53,499 bases of DNA, filler included, from Asterionella formosa (GCA_002256025.1; 4 parts of 4 records of this genome joined end to end with filler, not necessarily neighbours in it); one strand, 5' to 3'. Positions 14,106 to 26,101 are shown, numbered from the whole stretch's first letter. Program-made: numbers and translations. The notes: a model not told the origin generated them from the letters alone.

Positions 14106-14376
14106 TACTTATGTTCCTCCTCATCGGCACGTGCAATTCTATGTTTATTCCGCCATACATCACACCGTGGTGTGGTACCTGGTACCCTGATATCTGTTTC
14201 CCGCACCGGGTACCTGGTACCAGGATACCAGGGTGCTGTACCATTTAAGGTTCATGCATTTCAACCCTGGTTTAGAGGTAGGGTTAAAACCATAATATCG
14301 AGTCAGAGTACTCAAACACTATCTTCTAGTACCAAAAAACAAATGTATATCGCTAAACGGAGCTTTCACCAATTTA

Positions 14377-15544
14377 CCGTATACTTCATTGTCCTGGACC
14401 CCCCAATGTACACTGCCGTGACTGAATTTGACTGATTTTACTTAAGGGGGGGGCCTAGGAAAAGCTTAAAAAGTGTAAGACAAATTTTATAAGAAGAATC
14501 AGAAGCAAAAATGATTACAGACTTATTTCCATTAGGCTTGGATATAATAGTTAAATAAATTAGTCGTGTAGAATAAAATGATGTCAAGAATGCACCAATA
14601 GATCCTAAATAATAGCTAAAATGACTAATTGAAGTATACTTAACATAAGCAGCCTCTAAAATTAAATCCTTTGAGTAAAATCCTGCCAAAAAAGGGAAGC
14701 CTGCCAATGCTGAAGAACCAACAACCATCATAAAATAAGTAAGAGGTATTCATTGTTTTAAACCACCCATTTTTCTAATGTCTTGTTCATCAGACACTGA
14801 ATGAATAACAGACCCAGCACCCAAAAAAGTAAAGCTTTAAAAAATGCATGGTTTGCTAAATGAAAAATACCTACAGAATAATTTGAAAGCCCACATGCAA
14901 AAATCATATAACCTGATTGACTACAGGTTGAATAAGCGATATTCTTTTTTAAATCATTTTGAACTGGGCCCAGGAAAATGAAGAGATTTCCCTTATAATG
15001 AAGCTAAGTAAATTTCTTTAGTTCTACAGGATAGCACACATTTTTCTAACATGTATTAATATGACAATTATTTCCGTGATGTGAAAAATGAGATTTCCGT
15101 GATGTGAAAAATGAGAGAGTTCTTCACCTCGCAAGAAAAACGCGACTTCATATTGCTATCGGCAATCTCAATTTTCGTTGTCATTTTTAATGTTATTACT
15201 TTACTTCTTTTACGATTGTATTTTCCATGTCGTTCTTAATACAGGCAGCAAGTAGCAAAGCGTCGTTCTCTATTTTCGTGGAGATAATTCGTATTTTCGT
15301 CATGGTCAAGGTTGCAACAACATGATGAAGGATTCTTCAGCTGCTCACAACCACTACCTGTCTTCTCTTGTGTTTTGTATGTACAAAAGAATCGTAAAAC
15401 CGTATCTAAATAATTAAATACTAGTGCCTACAAGGACAAAAAGAATTATAGCACGTTACTTTGTCTATGACAAGAAAATTATTGGGTGTTTGGTTCCACC
15501 ACGAGAAAATTGTACAGGGGGGTCCAGGACAATGAAGTATACTG
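14377..15544. mobile_element. Non-autonomous Tc1/mariner-type TIR element with TA target duplication, carrying a nad5 fragment
   Basis: TA|ccgtatacttcattgtcctggacccccc ... ggggggtccaggacaatgaagtatactg|TA; 26 bp perfect inverted match (14379-14404 / 15517-15542). Confidence 0.9.
14464..14965 (-). pseudogene. nad5: Nuclear copy of a mitochondrial NADH dehydrogenase subunit 5 fragment (NUMT)
   Basis: [15 protein letters not shown]...[12 protein letters not shown] / [20 protein letters not shown]...GFPFLAGFYSKDLILE. There is a 1-nt deletion in the T-run at ~14823-14828 and an in-frame TGA at ~14750. AT-rich codons. Confidence 0.95.
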
Positions 15545-15583
15545 TACACCCTTTCCATATGCTTAGATACCTGGTACATGGTA

Positions 15584-15977
15584 CCAGTTAAAAACTGCCA
15601 TGACCCATTGAGTTAGGTTGTTTGTTTGACTCCTCCGACTAATGATAAATTCTACCGAATTGAGGATCCGTTTGTTCGATAGTGTCAGAGCAGCATCGAT
15701 GATAGTCATATATCATACGATGCGGTGACTTCTAAACTTACCCTTATCCGTGTTCTTCATGTTTTTTCTGTCGATCGACAATTTCAGGCAATCTATCGAG
15801 ATGAACAACTTGCTCCAAATCTCAAACTAATTACATGGCTGACTAGCCTATATGCTCCAGAAGGAGCCAGAACTCTCAATTTTTTTTAAAGTTTGATTGC
15901 AAAACGTGTTATTCTGCATTCAATGGGTCACGGCAGTTCAAAAATATTCTCAATGGGTTATGGCAGTTTTTTACTGG
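15584..15977. mobile_element. MITE with ~29-bp TIRs and TA target duplication
   Basis: TA|ccagttaaaaactgccatgacccattgag ... ctcaatgggttatggcagttttttactgg|TA; extra subterminal TIR-like copy at ~15921. Confidence 0.9.
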
Positions 15978-16359
15978 TACAGTCATTGATCGAAGTTGGG
16001 ATTTAGGTCAACGTTTATATCGTCAGGATATAGGATCTGGTGAGAAACTGCAGGAAGGAACTTGGTTTTTTACTATGCTATAAAGACTAGAAATTTCGGG
16101 GGAAATCACTTTATTTGGCATGGTAAAAAGACCTAAGTTACTTTCTGCAGTTTCTTGCTAAATGTTATCTACTGATGCTATTTGAAGAATGCCTTTGTAT
16201 CTAAATGGCCTTGAGGCAGACCCAGGCAAAGTTGAGCAAATCAGTGTCCAAAAAATCAACAAAATCATCAGCCTTTTCAACTGTCATCTCCAAAATTTCG
16301 GAATCAGAACAACTTAGTGCCGAAACATCATCATTCAAATCAGAGTCCTCTTGTGATGC

Positions 16360-17125
16360 AATGAAGAGAGCCACTTGCTTTCGCTCTCTTGATGGTATCA
16401 AAGATGCGGACAAGTTCAATAGTAAATACAAGTGCAGCATGCCAAATGCAGAAACGAGCGACATGAAAAAGAAATTGCTTGTAATCAGAATCATTCAATA
16501 ACTATAGCTATGTGGACAGTAGTCTGTTACATTTTAGTATTTCCTTCTATGCTGAATCTCAATAGTAGATGTAGCATCATGTGAGAATTCAAAATGTCAA
16601 CGAGAACAAGTAGAATGTGTTTGTTTACGGGTTGATTGGCGAGATTGGAATGCTGGTGGTCGACAAAACGGATTCACAATATGCGCTGTGTGCGGAACCA
16701 TTACGAGTTCCAATGACTTCTTCTCTGTAAACTCTTAATTGAATGATTATGAACAAAGGTTCACTGCACATGACGATTACTCAAAGATAAACTGATCACA
16801 TGACCAACAATTGAAAACGTCGTTATCGCAAACCATCATTCCACTTGTCATCGCTAGTATTTCATTGTTGTTGTTGCAAAAATCAGAGTGATGACGGATG
16901 GAAATGACGAGCCAAATTACATTACTTCAGATCCTACCAAGAAATTCGAATACAGGAATCTAATAGAAACAATACATTTAATAATTAGATATATTTAGTC
17001 AGAAGGGTTACTATTTAAATTACAAGGGCATTTATCAAAATTATTAGATGATATAACGAAAAATTATGATCAGATGATCACAATCCTATGATGCATCATG
17101 GAAATATGATAGTTTTTTTTGCAGA
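16360..17125 (+). repeat. Dispersed ~750-bp repeat (paralog 38870-39650, minus)
   Basis: Both copies translate MKRATCFRSLDGIKDADKFN and share ...atcctatgatgcatcatggaaatatgatagtttt at the far end. Confidence 0.9.
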
Positions 17126-18814
17126 CGTGGTAGGATTAGAGGTGCATTAATCACATGCATGGTGGTTCGCTTTATTGATGTCAAGAAGAAAGTGACAACT
17201 CCAAATCACATGGAGAATCTGGTTGCAGAGTTGCTTGCTAGGAATGTTCAATTAGGGATCAACAGGTCCATTCGTACTCTCAAGGGTTCTCTTAAAGCTG
17301 ATGAATTGCTATGGTGGATAGAAAAGAATCCAGGAGTTTCTGATACTAAGTGGAACAGTTCCTACTTCACACCATTTACAGGACGAGACAAATTCATAGC
17401 GGAGTGTTTTAGTTATTAATACAGGTATTGGCAACTAACAAAAATTTGCATTCTTTATGTAACAGTATCATGTCATATCCATTCCATTTTGGTTCTTTCG
17501 TGCATAATCCATGGCTGCTGCTCCATGCCACATACAGTCTTTATTTATATATACCGGTATGCACTCGGAGTCTCAGGGCTACCCTGTACTGCAACGTCCC
17601 AGGTAGCCAGGTACCAGGGACACATAAATACCAGGTAGGGCATCATATGCTCTTGAGCAAAGCGACTCTTTGCACCATGTTGGGTACTACCAGCATGTAT
17701 GATGAAACAATGATTAGACTATGCACTGATACGGTAGCTAGATACTAGACTACCAGCAAGGCAAAGCAATATTTGTTATATGCTAAAATAAATACCGGTA
17801 TTTCGTTGACTGTACTAGACATTTCCCTACTGGATTTTCGTGCTTTGAACCCCTCCGGACACTGGGACATGATTGGATGACGGGGTGCCTCAAAAACATT
17901 CCTGAACACGAGAACTGGTGGGAGGAGTTCGAATCCTCCCATGATGCCCCCCAAGCACCCCACATCGATGGGGCAGGCGGGCAAAGCGGCCGGATAGGTT
18001 TTCTCCTGGCGCCTTGGTTTTTTTTATGGCCAGCCATGGCTGACCTAATTCAAGTCATGAAGGCTACTTAGCCATACAACCCTGGCAAAGCAGCTGGTGA
18101 AGAAGCGTCAGCAGGGACAGGAGCCGGGACTGGTACCAATTGAGTCAAGGATGTGAATGTATCAAATTATGGATTTCACTACACACAAGTTGCTTGTCTT
18201 CGAGCCATTACAGTTCTTGCTCACTTCCTAGACAATAATATGATTGAGCATATCCAAAAAAGTGATAATGAATTATTATTTTCCAGGAAGAAATCGGTGA
18301 TCGCCATCGTCATTTTGACAACACGAGATTTATCATAGTGAAATTCAAACATTTTCCGCGTTTTCGATCAATTAAAAATACCTGATTTCGCCACATGCGT
18401 GAGTACCAGATACTACAGTATACTACCAGGCACCGGTATATATTCGGTGCTGTCAACCAAAAGTACTGCAGTAGTCTCTTTTAAACTCGCCTTCATACTT
18501 GGCTAAATAAACACTGGTAAACAAATAATACTTTATCTGCGGATACTTTATCTGCCGAATCAAAACATTTGGCCATTTCTGCCAAAGTGATCATATTCAC
18601 AGAATGGTGCAGAAGTGATGGCGTGCCAACTCGAAAGCGTTGAAGTTTGAAGACTTTGTATTTTATATGTTCATGTAGATAATCATAAACACAGCTGGTA
18701 CCAGGTACCAGGAACTAAACAAACACACCAGTACCCTTATAGTACAATGCTCTGGGTGTGTGATTATCCCACCTAGTTACCCAAATCCATTCTGTTTGGC
18801 GTTTGCCTTTGAAG

Positions 18815-19657
18815 ATGGGGGCTGTTCACGGTGTTTATCTTAAGTATGTGGGCCTATCGGCATTATCGTATGCAGGTTATTCGTTCTTCGTTGGAGAATC
18901 TGGCTCAAATGAGGTTGTCAGTCAAGCGGCTCGGTCATTGGCGGAAGTGACTGGATCTACAGTCAGGCCGTTCACTCGCCTCATTCCTGCTGCTATTTTA
19001 GGATATTCAGCAGCTCTGAACGGCTTGATCGCAATCTTATTCAAGCTGGAATGGGGTATGGGCATGATCGGAAAGAATAGAAAGACTGGGCAAATCCCAA
19101 TTTGGTCGTACTTCCTTTTTTTCCCCTTTCACTTGCCCACAATACTATACACATATGTGCATACATTGCAAGGGAATACCAAGGTCAAGACAGATGACGG
19201 CGGAACCAAGAGTGTGAGGGTTCCAGTTGCTTCCGAGGTCCAGCCGGGTTGGTGGGTTGGAGGCTGTTATGCCAATGATCTCGACAGAGATTGGGGCGGC
19301 ATTATTGATTTAACTGTAGAATTTCCTGAGCGATGCATTGACCGATCTCAATTGTATTTGTCTTGCCCGACCTGGGATGGAGTCCCTGCAACTCCGGCTC
19401 AGTTGGAAGAGTGTGCTACATTTGCCGTTGAAGCTCGAAAGAAGGGGGATGTCATTGTTCATTGTGCTCATGGTCGTGGTCGGAGTACAACCGTAATGTG
19501 TGCCTGCTTGGTCAAGGCTGGCTTGTATAAAACATGGCAAGAAGCTTTTGAGCAAGGAATCAAACCGAAAAGGTCTGTCTGCAAGCTAAACGGTCTTATG
19601 AAAAGAGCACTATTGCGTTGGCAGGCAGAATATGTTGATGGCAAGAAAGAACAGTAA
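18815..19657 (+). CDS. Membrane-anchored dual-specificity phosphatase (YnbD C-terminal/PTPMT1-like)
   Basis: CX5R loop VHCAHGRGRS, acid loop PTWDG, IIDLTVEFPE, and N-terminal hydrophobic segments with GKNRKTGQIPIWSY; intronless. Confidence 0.9.
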   Translation: MGAVHGVYLKYVGLSALSYAGYSFFVGESGSNEVVSQAARSLAEVTGSTVRPFTRLIPAAILGYSAALNGLIAILFKLEWGMGMIGKNRKTGQIPIWSYFLFFPFHLPTILYTYVHTLQGNTKVKTDDGGTKSVRVPVASEVQPGWWVGGCYANDLDRDWGGIIDLTVEFPERCIDRSQLYLSCPTWDGVPATPAQLEECATFAVEARKKGDVIVHCAHGRGRSTTVMCACLVKAGLYKTWQEAFEQGIKPKRSVCKLNGLMKRALLRWQAEYVDGKKEQ

Positions 19658-19812
19658 TTCTAAACCTTTAGAGGCCGACTTTTTCCTTTAATGCCAACAT
19701 CGCACCAGATTTTCGCGTTGGAAGACAGAAAATGTTGATGGCAAGAGAGAATAGTAATTCTGAACCTTTATGGGTCGACTTTTCCATAGATGCCAGCTTC
19801 GCACCAGATTTT
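19617..19812 (+). repeat. ~100-bp tandem duplication of the phosphatase 3' end and UTR
   Basis: gttggcaggcagaatatgttgatggcaagaaagaacagtaattc... repeated as gttggaagacagaaaatgttgatggcaagagagaatagtaattc... Confidence 0.9.
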
Positions 19813-21691
19813 TGGATGCTGTCGAATGGTCCAGGCTATCTAACAGGGGATTTTGGTTGAGTCAATTGGCACACCAAGGGCTCAGATTCCATACACATTC
19901 AATTATCCAAGCCTTCAATTTCTAGGATCTGCTGACCTCAAAGTGCATAGCATGTAGTGAATTGTTCTTCAAATCAATTAGATTCCTTCTGCATATTGGG
20001 AAAGGAACCTGATTTATTATGGTGAAAAGAAAGGCAGGATTTGCTTTCGGGTCACATCAATTAGTGGCCTGAACATCTCAAATACTCCCTCGATCAAGTT
20101 GGGACTAATAATCTAGGTTAACAGTCATATCTGCCCACAGTAAATCGAAATCAGTTAATTGGGATTACTGCTGCAGTGTTCGAGAATAATTGCAATTCTC
20201 AGCAGCAAAATACAAAAAGCTTCATTACTGTACCAGGTGATATGGTAATTACTACATACTATATTTCATGCCTGTCTCCGTGGCCACACTTTATCTGGGC
20301 CATGGACGAGGCATTGACGACAAATCTAGAAATATGCTAGTACCAGTGCACTATGAATATGATTACCATGTAAATATTTGCTTGCTAGTTATTGCTGTTA
20401 ACATGCCGAAATAACAGTTTGGAGGAGGAATTCATGCCTGGCAACAAAATGATACTTAAAAGGACAAGAAACTTCCTCATGATGTCTTGACACCTAACTT
20501 TGTTGATTATTGGTCATCAAACAATGGTTGAAATGTGCTGTTCAACTGAAACTTGTTTATTTACAGGCCAAAGCCTCATAGCATAACCCAAAATTACTTT
20601 GATTTGTCTGAACTTTAAAGCATAAAAATGGTAACAAAATGATGTATTTCAATATTCAAGATTTTGTTGTGGTCAGTGGTCAGATGTGCATGCTGATACA
20701 AAAGTAATTGCCTGCTGCAGCCAACCATGAAACACAAGTAAAATTGATTGAATACACGTGGAGAGGAGGTGTCGTTTAATTTAGTAGTTCAGATGTTTAC
20801 AAATATATTTATGCCTAAATAACTTGAATATACTTGGCTATGAACGGTCCCACATACTGGTCTTGCATAGTAGTGGTAAGAGCGATGCAAGAAAAATGGG
20901 CGGGTTCTTGCCCTCCTACAGCACCAGCATGATCTGCCGCCTTCCAAAGTGGTCAATGTTCCCCTACTAATGCTGCGACTTCTAAGCTTCCTAGCACCAA
21001 AAACAATATGTAATACCACCAATTTCTCAGCCGAAATCAGGTGGTAATTGAGACTTCTTTTATAGATAATGATAAAATGTGAAGGTTGAAGCCTGTTGAT
21101 AGTCACTGCATCTAAATCACCATCAAATTGTACATTTGAAGTGCTCCATGTTTTAATACGAATTGGGCAATCAAAGTGTTTTGAGAACAAGTGGAATAAC
21201 AGGCGCAGCCATCTCGTCATTGCAGTACCGGTATAGAACCGGATACCAGCAAGTTGCAGTCATTTGCCAAAACTGAAATGTGGCGCCAGCAGGCACTCAA
21301 ATTAGACTTCCATGGTAATAGTACCTCGACATGTAGAAATTTCTAACGGTTTCGCACTGGCCCAATAATTTCAATTTTATCAAAATCAAATTTTAAAGAA
21401 AGATTTTCTGAAAAAACCAGTTTCCCTAATCTTACTGCGATTGGGGGCTTCCCCCTATTCTCAATTCTGAGTGTTAAGATTCCTAATAGCGGCCCATGTA
21501 CTACGGTATCAGGCATGCGGAGTACCAGTTCCAGGTACTGGTCCCTGGTACTCCACCAAAAAACCTACCGTATTGTAGCAGTACCTTGACTACCCTAATA
21601 CATTATAAGGTACTGGTACCTGGTACCAGTACTCGCTGGTGGTACATGAAGTGTGTCTGTAACAGGTAATCTACCTGGTACTGGTACCTGG

Positions 21692-23838
21692 TGAAGTACC
21701 TAACTAGAAGTAGTTATATTTGTTGAATATATATAAGCTTATTAGTAAATCCTTGAGTACAACTCGTTCTCGAAGTCGACACCAAAGTATACAATAAGGG
21801 TTCTTAGTTTGATGCAATGAATATTAATTCGTTCCGTAATATGCATGGTTTGTTGAAAAGTAACGGTACCATTGGCATATACTTGAATAATAGAATAAGG
21901 ACCTCGTCCACGGTCATCCAAGGTGGTAGGATTTTCCAATAGGATTAAAATCTCGTCACCAACTTTGTAATCACAAGAACGATGATGGAAATTAGCACGA
22001 TGTAGACATTTTTCAGTTATCACTTGTCGACATTGATATCCCAATATTAATTGCAAATCTGTAATCAACGGAATAATTAATATCATATCATGTTGGAAAA
22101 CCCAGCCATATTCCTGGTGAAATACGCCATGTACTATAAATAGTAGCTTGAGCTGCATATGATGCAGCTGCAAAACATGTATCCACGATATTATGAGCTT
22201 GAAATTTCTTGATTGGAGGATGAGCCTTCAACATGATAACTTGTAGACTGTTACTGATAGTTTGATGTAAACGCTCACAGATAGCATTCTTTGCTTGTGG
22301 ATTCTTGACTCTTATTTTAATTCCATTCAACACTAACATCTGTATGAAAGGAATGACAGTAAATTCACCTCCATTGTCATGTATACAACGTTCTGGAAGT
22401 AGATACTTGTCTAACCAGGCCCAATCATTTTCAAATTTCATCGCAATATATTCTGATGTCTTTTTATTGATACGTGAAATGTCTGCTAAACTTGTGACTG
22501 TGTTAACTAAAGTCAGAGCACGAAATTCAATCGCTTGTGCAGCCACTGTTATCTTCTATGGACCAATTAAATCCACTGTGACTTCCGACCATTGGAATAA
22601 CAATGACTGCATTCCTTGGTGGAAATTCACCAAAATCAGCATCCGGTAATCTTGGACGTTTTGACATGCTTCACATATGCTTACAATATGTTCCACTCTT
22701 GATTTTAATGTAGGATGATAAAAACTGTGTAGCAATTGCAGCATTTAATTTTGTCATACCCACATGAGGTAACTTCTGATGATACCAATTAATAATATGA
22801 TCCAATAGTGATGTAGGAATAGCAATACGCCAAGTATCTCCTGGATTCTTCACAAAGGGTATTAAATGTATATCATGAAAATTGATGGAGGGAAAATTTA
22901 ATGGATATGTTTGTTGATTGAGAATCAACTGTTTAACGGATATTTTTGAGTTGATCTTAGAATATCTGTTGACTCTCGAAGTAAGCAATTATTTTGTGTT
23001 CTTTTCATTGTTCCATTGAAATACTTGCTGCCACGTAGTGTCAATAAAGCAAAATGACAATCAACCTCAAATCTTCCTTGGCCGGATCAATCTAGATGAG
23101 GTATCATGAGTTTTAGGAACTTCTTTAAGGTCTTGAGACAGGCAGCGACATTCATCAACAGCATATAGAACGGTTTAATCTAGTATTATCAGAAAATCCA
23201 CATCCACTGATGCTGACTCTCAAAGCAACATATCATGAGTACAATAATACTCTGGCCACCTCACCATGATTTTATTGAGACTGTCAAAGGACTGAGCATC
23301 TGAGTGTGGTACAACGCTCATCCAGTCAGACAAGGCGATATCTATAAGGTTCATTCTGTAGTAGCAGAAGGAGAACAAGCAAGGAATCTGCTGGACTGAA
23401 GATATTATATGTGTTAGCCATATCACATGATTTACTGAAATCAATCAACAAGCTTCCCATGAGCATCGATTGATTATATCTTTGTTGAAAGACTCCAAAC
23501 ATCGAACTGGCTTGTAAGGATACACAAAGAGGTCTGAATCTTGATGTTTATTATGTTGTTATCCTTCATCAATGGGACCACTGGAACAACTTGAGAAGAC
23601 ATCAACATTATTAATTCCATTTGGACTCTTTTTGAATTCAAAGTGAAGTATCTAACTAGAAGTAGTGGTATTTGTTGAATATATGAGCTTATTAGTTAAT
23701 CCTTGTGTGCAACTCGTTCTCTAAGTAGACACCAAATTATACAATAAGGCTTAGTCGAGTTCTCTTATTACTCAGCTCATATATATATGATGTAACACTA
23801 ACCCTATATACGTCTGTATTGATGCGCGAGATCGCTCA
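21692..23838 (-). mobile_element. Internally deleted Ty3/Gypsy LTR retrotransposon with 5-bp TSD CCTGG
   Basis: LTRs at 23644-23838 (TG...CA) and 21692-~21800 (truncated), with CCTGG on both flanks. Integrase fragments: WYH...H...CEACQ, VDLIGP, IHDNGGEF, NPQA.NAICERLHQTI, GPYSIIQVYANGTV. Confidence 0.92.
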
Positions 23839-23855
23839 CCTGGTGGTACCTGGTA

Positions 23856-23950
23856 CCTTGCAAGTTGTGGTAATTATGCTGAGCAAATATTTAGTTATCT
23901 TTATCCGATATTAAATTGTTTGTTTAAGCTAAATGACCGCAACTTCCTGG
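23856..23950. mobile_element. ~95-bp MITE, same family as 14018-14105
   Basis: gcaagttgtggtaatt...tatctttatcc...gtttaagc...atgaccgcaacttcctgg. Confidence 0.7.
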
Positions 23951-23971
23951 TCCTTTGTACCCCCCCCCCCC

Positions 23972-24153
23972 CCAGTAATTGATAAATTTAAACCCAACAA
24001 GTTGTATTTTCCTGTAGGCCTCTACTATGTGTCTACTGGGTCATTTTAATACTGGCACGGTATTTATCTGAAAATACTAGTGGAAGTACCGTGTTACAAC
24101 AGTATTTGCCAGTAGAAAAATTAAACCCGGTTTAACTCGGGGTTTAATTTTTT
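23972..24153 (+). repeat. Dispersed repeat ending in a hairpin (paralogs ~34472-34615 and ~48312-48481)
   Basis: Shared agttgtatttt(c/t)ctgtaggcct...tctactg core; palindrome aaaaattaaaccc...gggtttaattttt at 24116-24152, and a similar one at ~48449-48481. Confidence 0.7.
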
Positions 24154-24724
24154 GGTTTAATTAAACCATAACTGTAGGCACGATCATCGTAGGAATATAC
24201 ACTGTACGAGAACATATAATTAGCTATTACACTGTCCTGGTACTGGTCGTACACACAAATTAAACCCCATTCTAATTCATGTACCATTGGTAGTTGGTAG
24301 TTGGTACCTGGTACCAGGTACTCGGTATTTTGGTATGCAGCAGCGGCAAGGAGAGGAAGGTGTGACTGATGGGACACCAACAGCAGGGGAAGGAGGGAAG
24401 TATGAGCTGCAAGTTTTTCTTTGGAACTATATACTTGGGTTGTACTCCCAGCAGACGATCGAGATGCACTGTCGCCTAGTTTTGAAACTAAGGTGGATGA
24501 CATCAGCCAGTCGACTCTCGTCTTGAAGGAGTTTTGACTCCTGCCTAGTAGTTATTGGTGGTAGCAGGAGTGACAAGTAGACAGAATGATGATTGAGAGT
24601 CCAGATATGCCTCAAATGTGGCGTTTGAAGAAGTTTTCGACAATTAAGAAGTTGATGAACCAACAGAAATGATGCAGGATGTGTGTCAAAGAGGTAGGAG
24701 GGAGGAAGCAATTCTGTCAGCATT

Positions 24725-25040
24725 GTATTCTTTCTGTTTTACCAAAAACTATTTGTTCTTTGGTAGTAGGAATGCAAACAGTTGGAATTAGGTTTGTAAG
24801 GTGGCTGAAAATTTTACAAGGGTTGAGCAGGATATAGTAAGGAAGGTGGAGTATTGTTGCTTGGCAAAGCGTTGTGTGGGATATGATGATTGCCCTACTT
24901 TGAGCTGCGTTCTTTCACTGCCACATTGCAAATTGACAAAATGTATGAGGTATATATTCCAGATAGAACAGTGCCACAGATTAGATTGCCAATCAATTGA
25001 GGATATCTGCTGATCATCACACTGGTGGTCATACACAGCT
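24725..25040 (+). pseudogene. Decayed GCR1_C-like domain (Crypton-related), paralog of 49960-50290
   Basis: LSVLPKT... then KVAENFTRVEQ...KVEYCC, resembling the second copy; heavily frameshifted. Confidence 0.4.
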
Positions 25041-26101
25041 AGTATGTATTTAAGTTATTATTACACAGATGCATGATTGTATACAACTGTAGCTACATTA
25101 TTTTTTTCACTATTTTTCATTAGCTATATATTGATTGTTTTCACTTCATTTTGTGTATATGTATATTAGACATATACACACCTACCAATAATAGACTTGG
25201 TCCTCTATTTATTGTAATATAGTGCTATAGTGCATGTACTCGTGGTTACTCCATATTAAGTACTATGTACTCTAAATACGTAAAATGGTCTATTCCCGCA
25301 TACACGTACCCTGGTAGCCATTCGATACGAGCAAATGGGCGCCGGTACTAGGTACTGGTACCTGGTACCACAACCGGTATTGTCGCTAAGAATAGCTTTG
25401 TGCACTGTACTGGAGTACTACCGGCAGTAAACTACTAATGCTAGCCTCCACTACGGGTTTAAGTGGGAGTTTAATTTTTTACGACTACGTTCCCGGTACC
25501 GGTACCCCTGGTACTCGAATACCCTACAGTAAAGGTACACGGGCACCTTGTACGGAGCATTTCGTAGTGCTGGTTGCTAGCTACGGGTACAGTACTGGTA
25601 CCGGTAGTGAATTCAACTAACAATACATTGATTAGGAGTATATTCACACATGTATATGTTCACAACTGCTCCACAGAAAGTCGAATCGCTTCTTCTTCGA
25701 TGGTCAACGGGCCAAAAGAAAATATGATGGTACAAGCTCTACGTGATTTTGCAGTGAAGTCAATCCTTCCTTGTTTGTACAGTAATAGATAATGCCTGTC
25801 TTGTTTTCGAAGCAAGGACAATTGCTTTGGGGACCTTGGTGCCCCACTCGCTTTTCTTTCAGGCCAGACTAATATTTGTAACACATACCAGGCCGCACAT
25901 AAATATGTACGGCATTTTTTTCATTACTGGAACACAGTTGAAGTATTTGCTTTTCACGAATACCTAGCTGCAGGTGGCGAAGGGCAATCAAACTTGATTG
26001 CTGTCGTTCGGACAACACTTTCGGTTTATCATTGTCGCTCTCCAATACTTTGATCAGGAAATCGCACGAGGGTAGGCTTACAAGCAACGCAAGGAGGTGC
26101 C

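Larger units (their letters stand above)
14245..16350 (+). repeat. Host repeat interrupted by two nested TIR insertions; uninterrupted paralog at ~52470-52995 (minus)
   Basis: 14245-14376, 15547-15570 and 15980-16350 align contiguously to the reverse complement of ~52470-52995. Confidence 0.85.

Noticed and set aside
14438..14731. Functional nad5 or a mitochondrial contig
   Set aside because: Internal fragment only, frameshifted, and embedded in nuclear repeats
16205..16501. ORF MKRATCFRSLDGIKDADKFN shared with 39508-39744 as a gene family
   Set aside because: Similarity is explained by the dispersed repeat; the ORF straddles a junction between two repeat families
17860..18145. GC-rich coding-like patch (NIPEHENWWEEFESSHDAP)
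   Set aside because: Short, interrupted by a stop and unassignable; possibly a gene fragment
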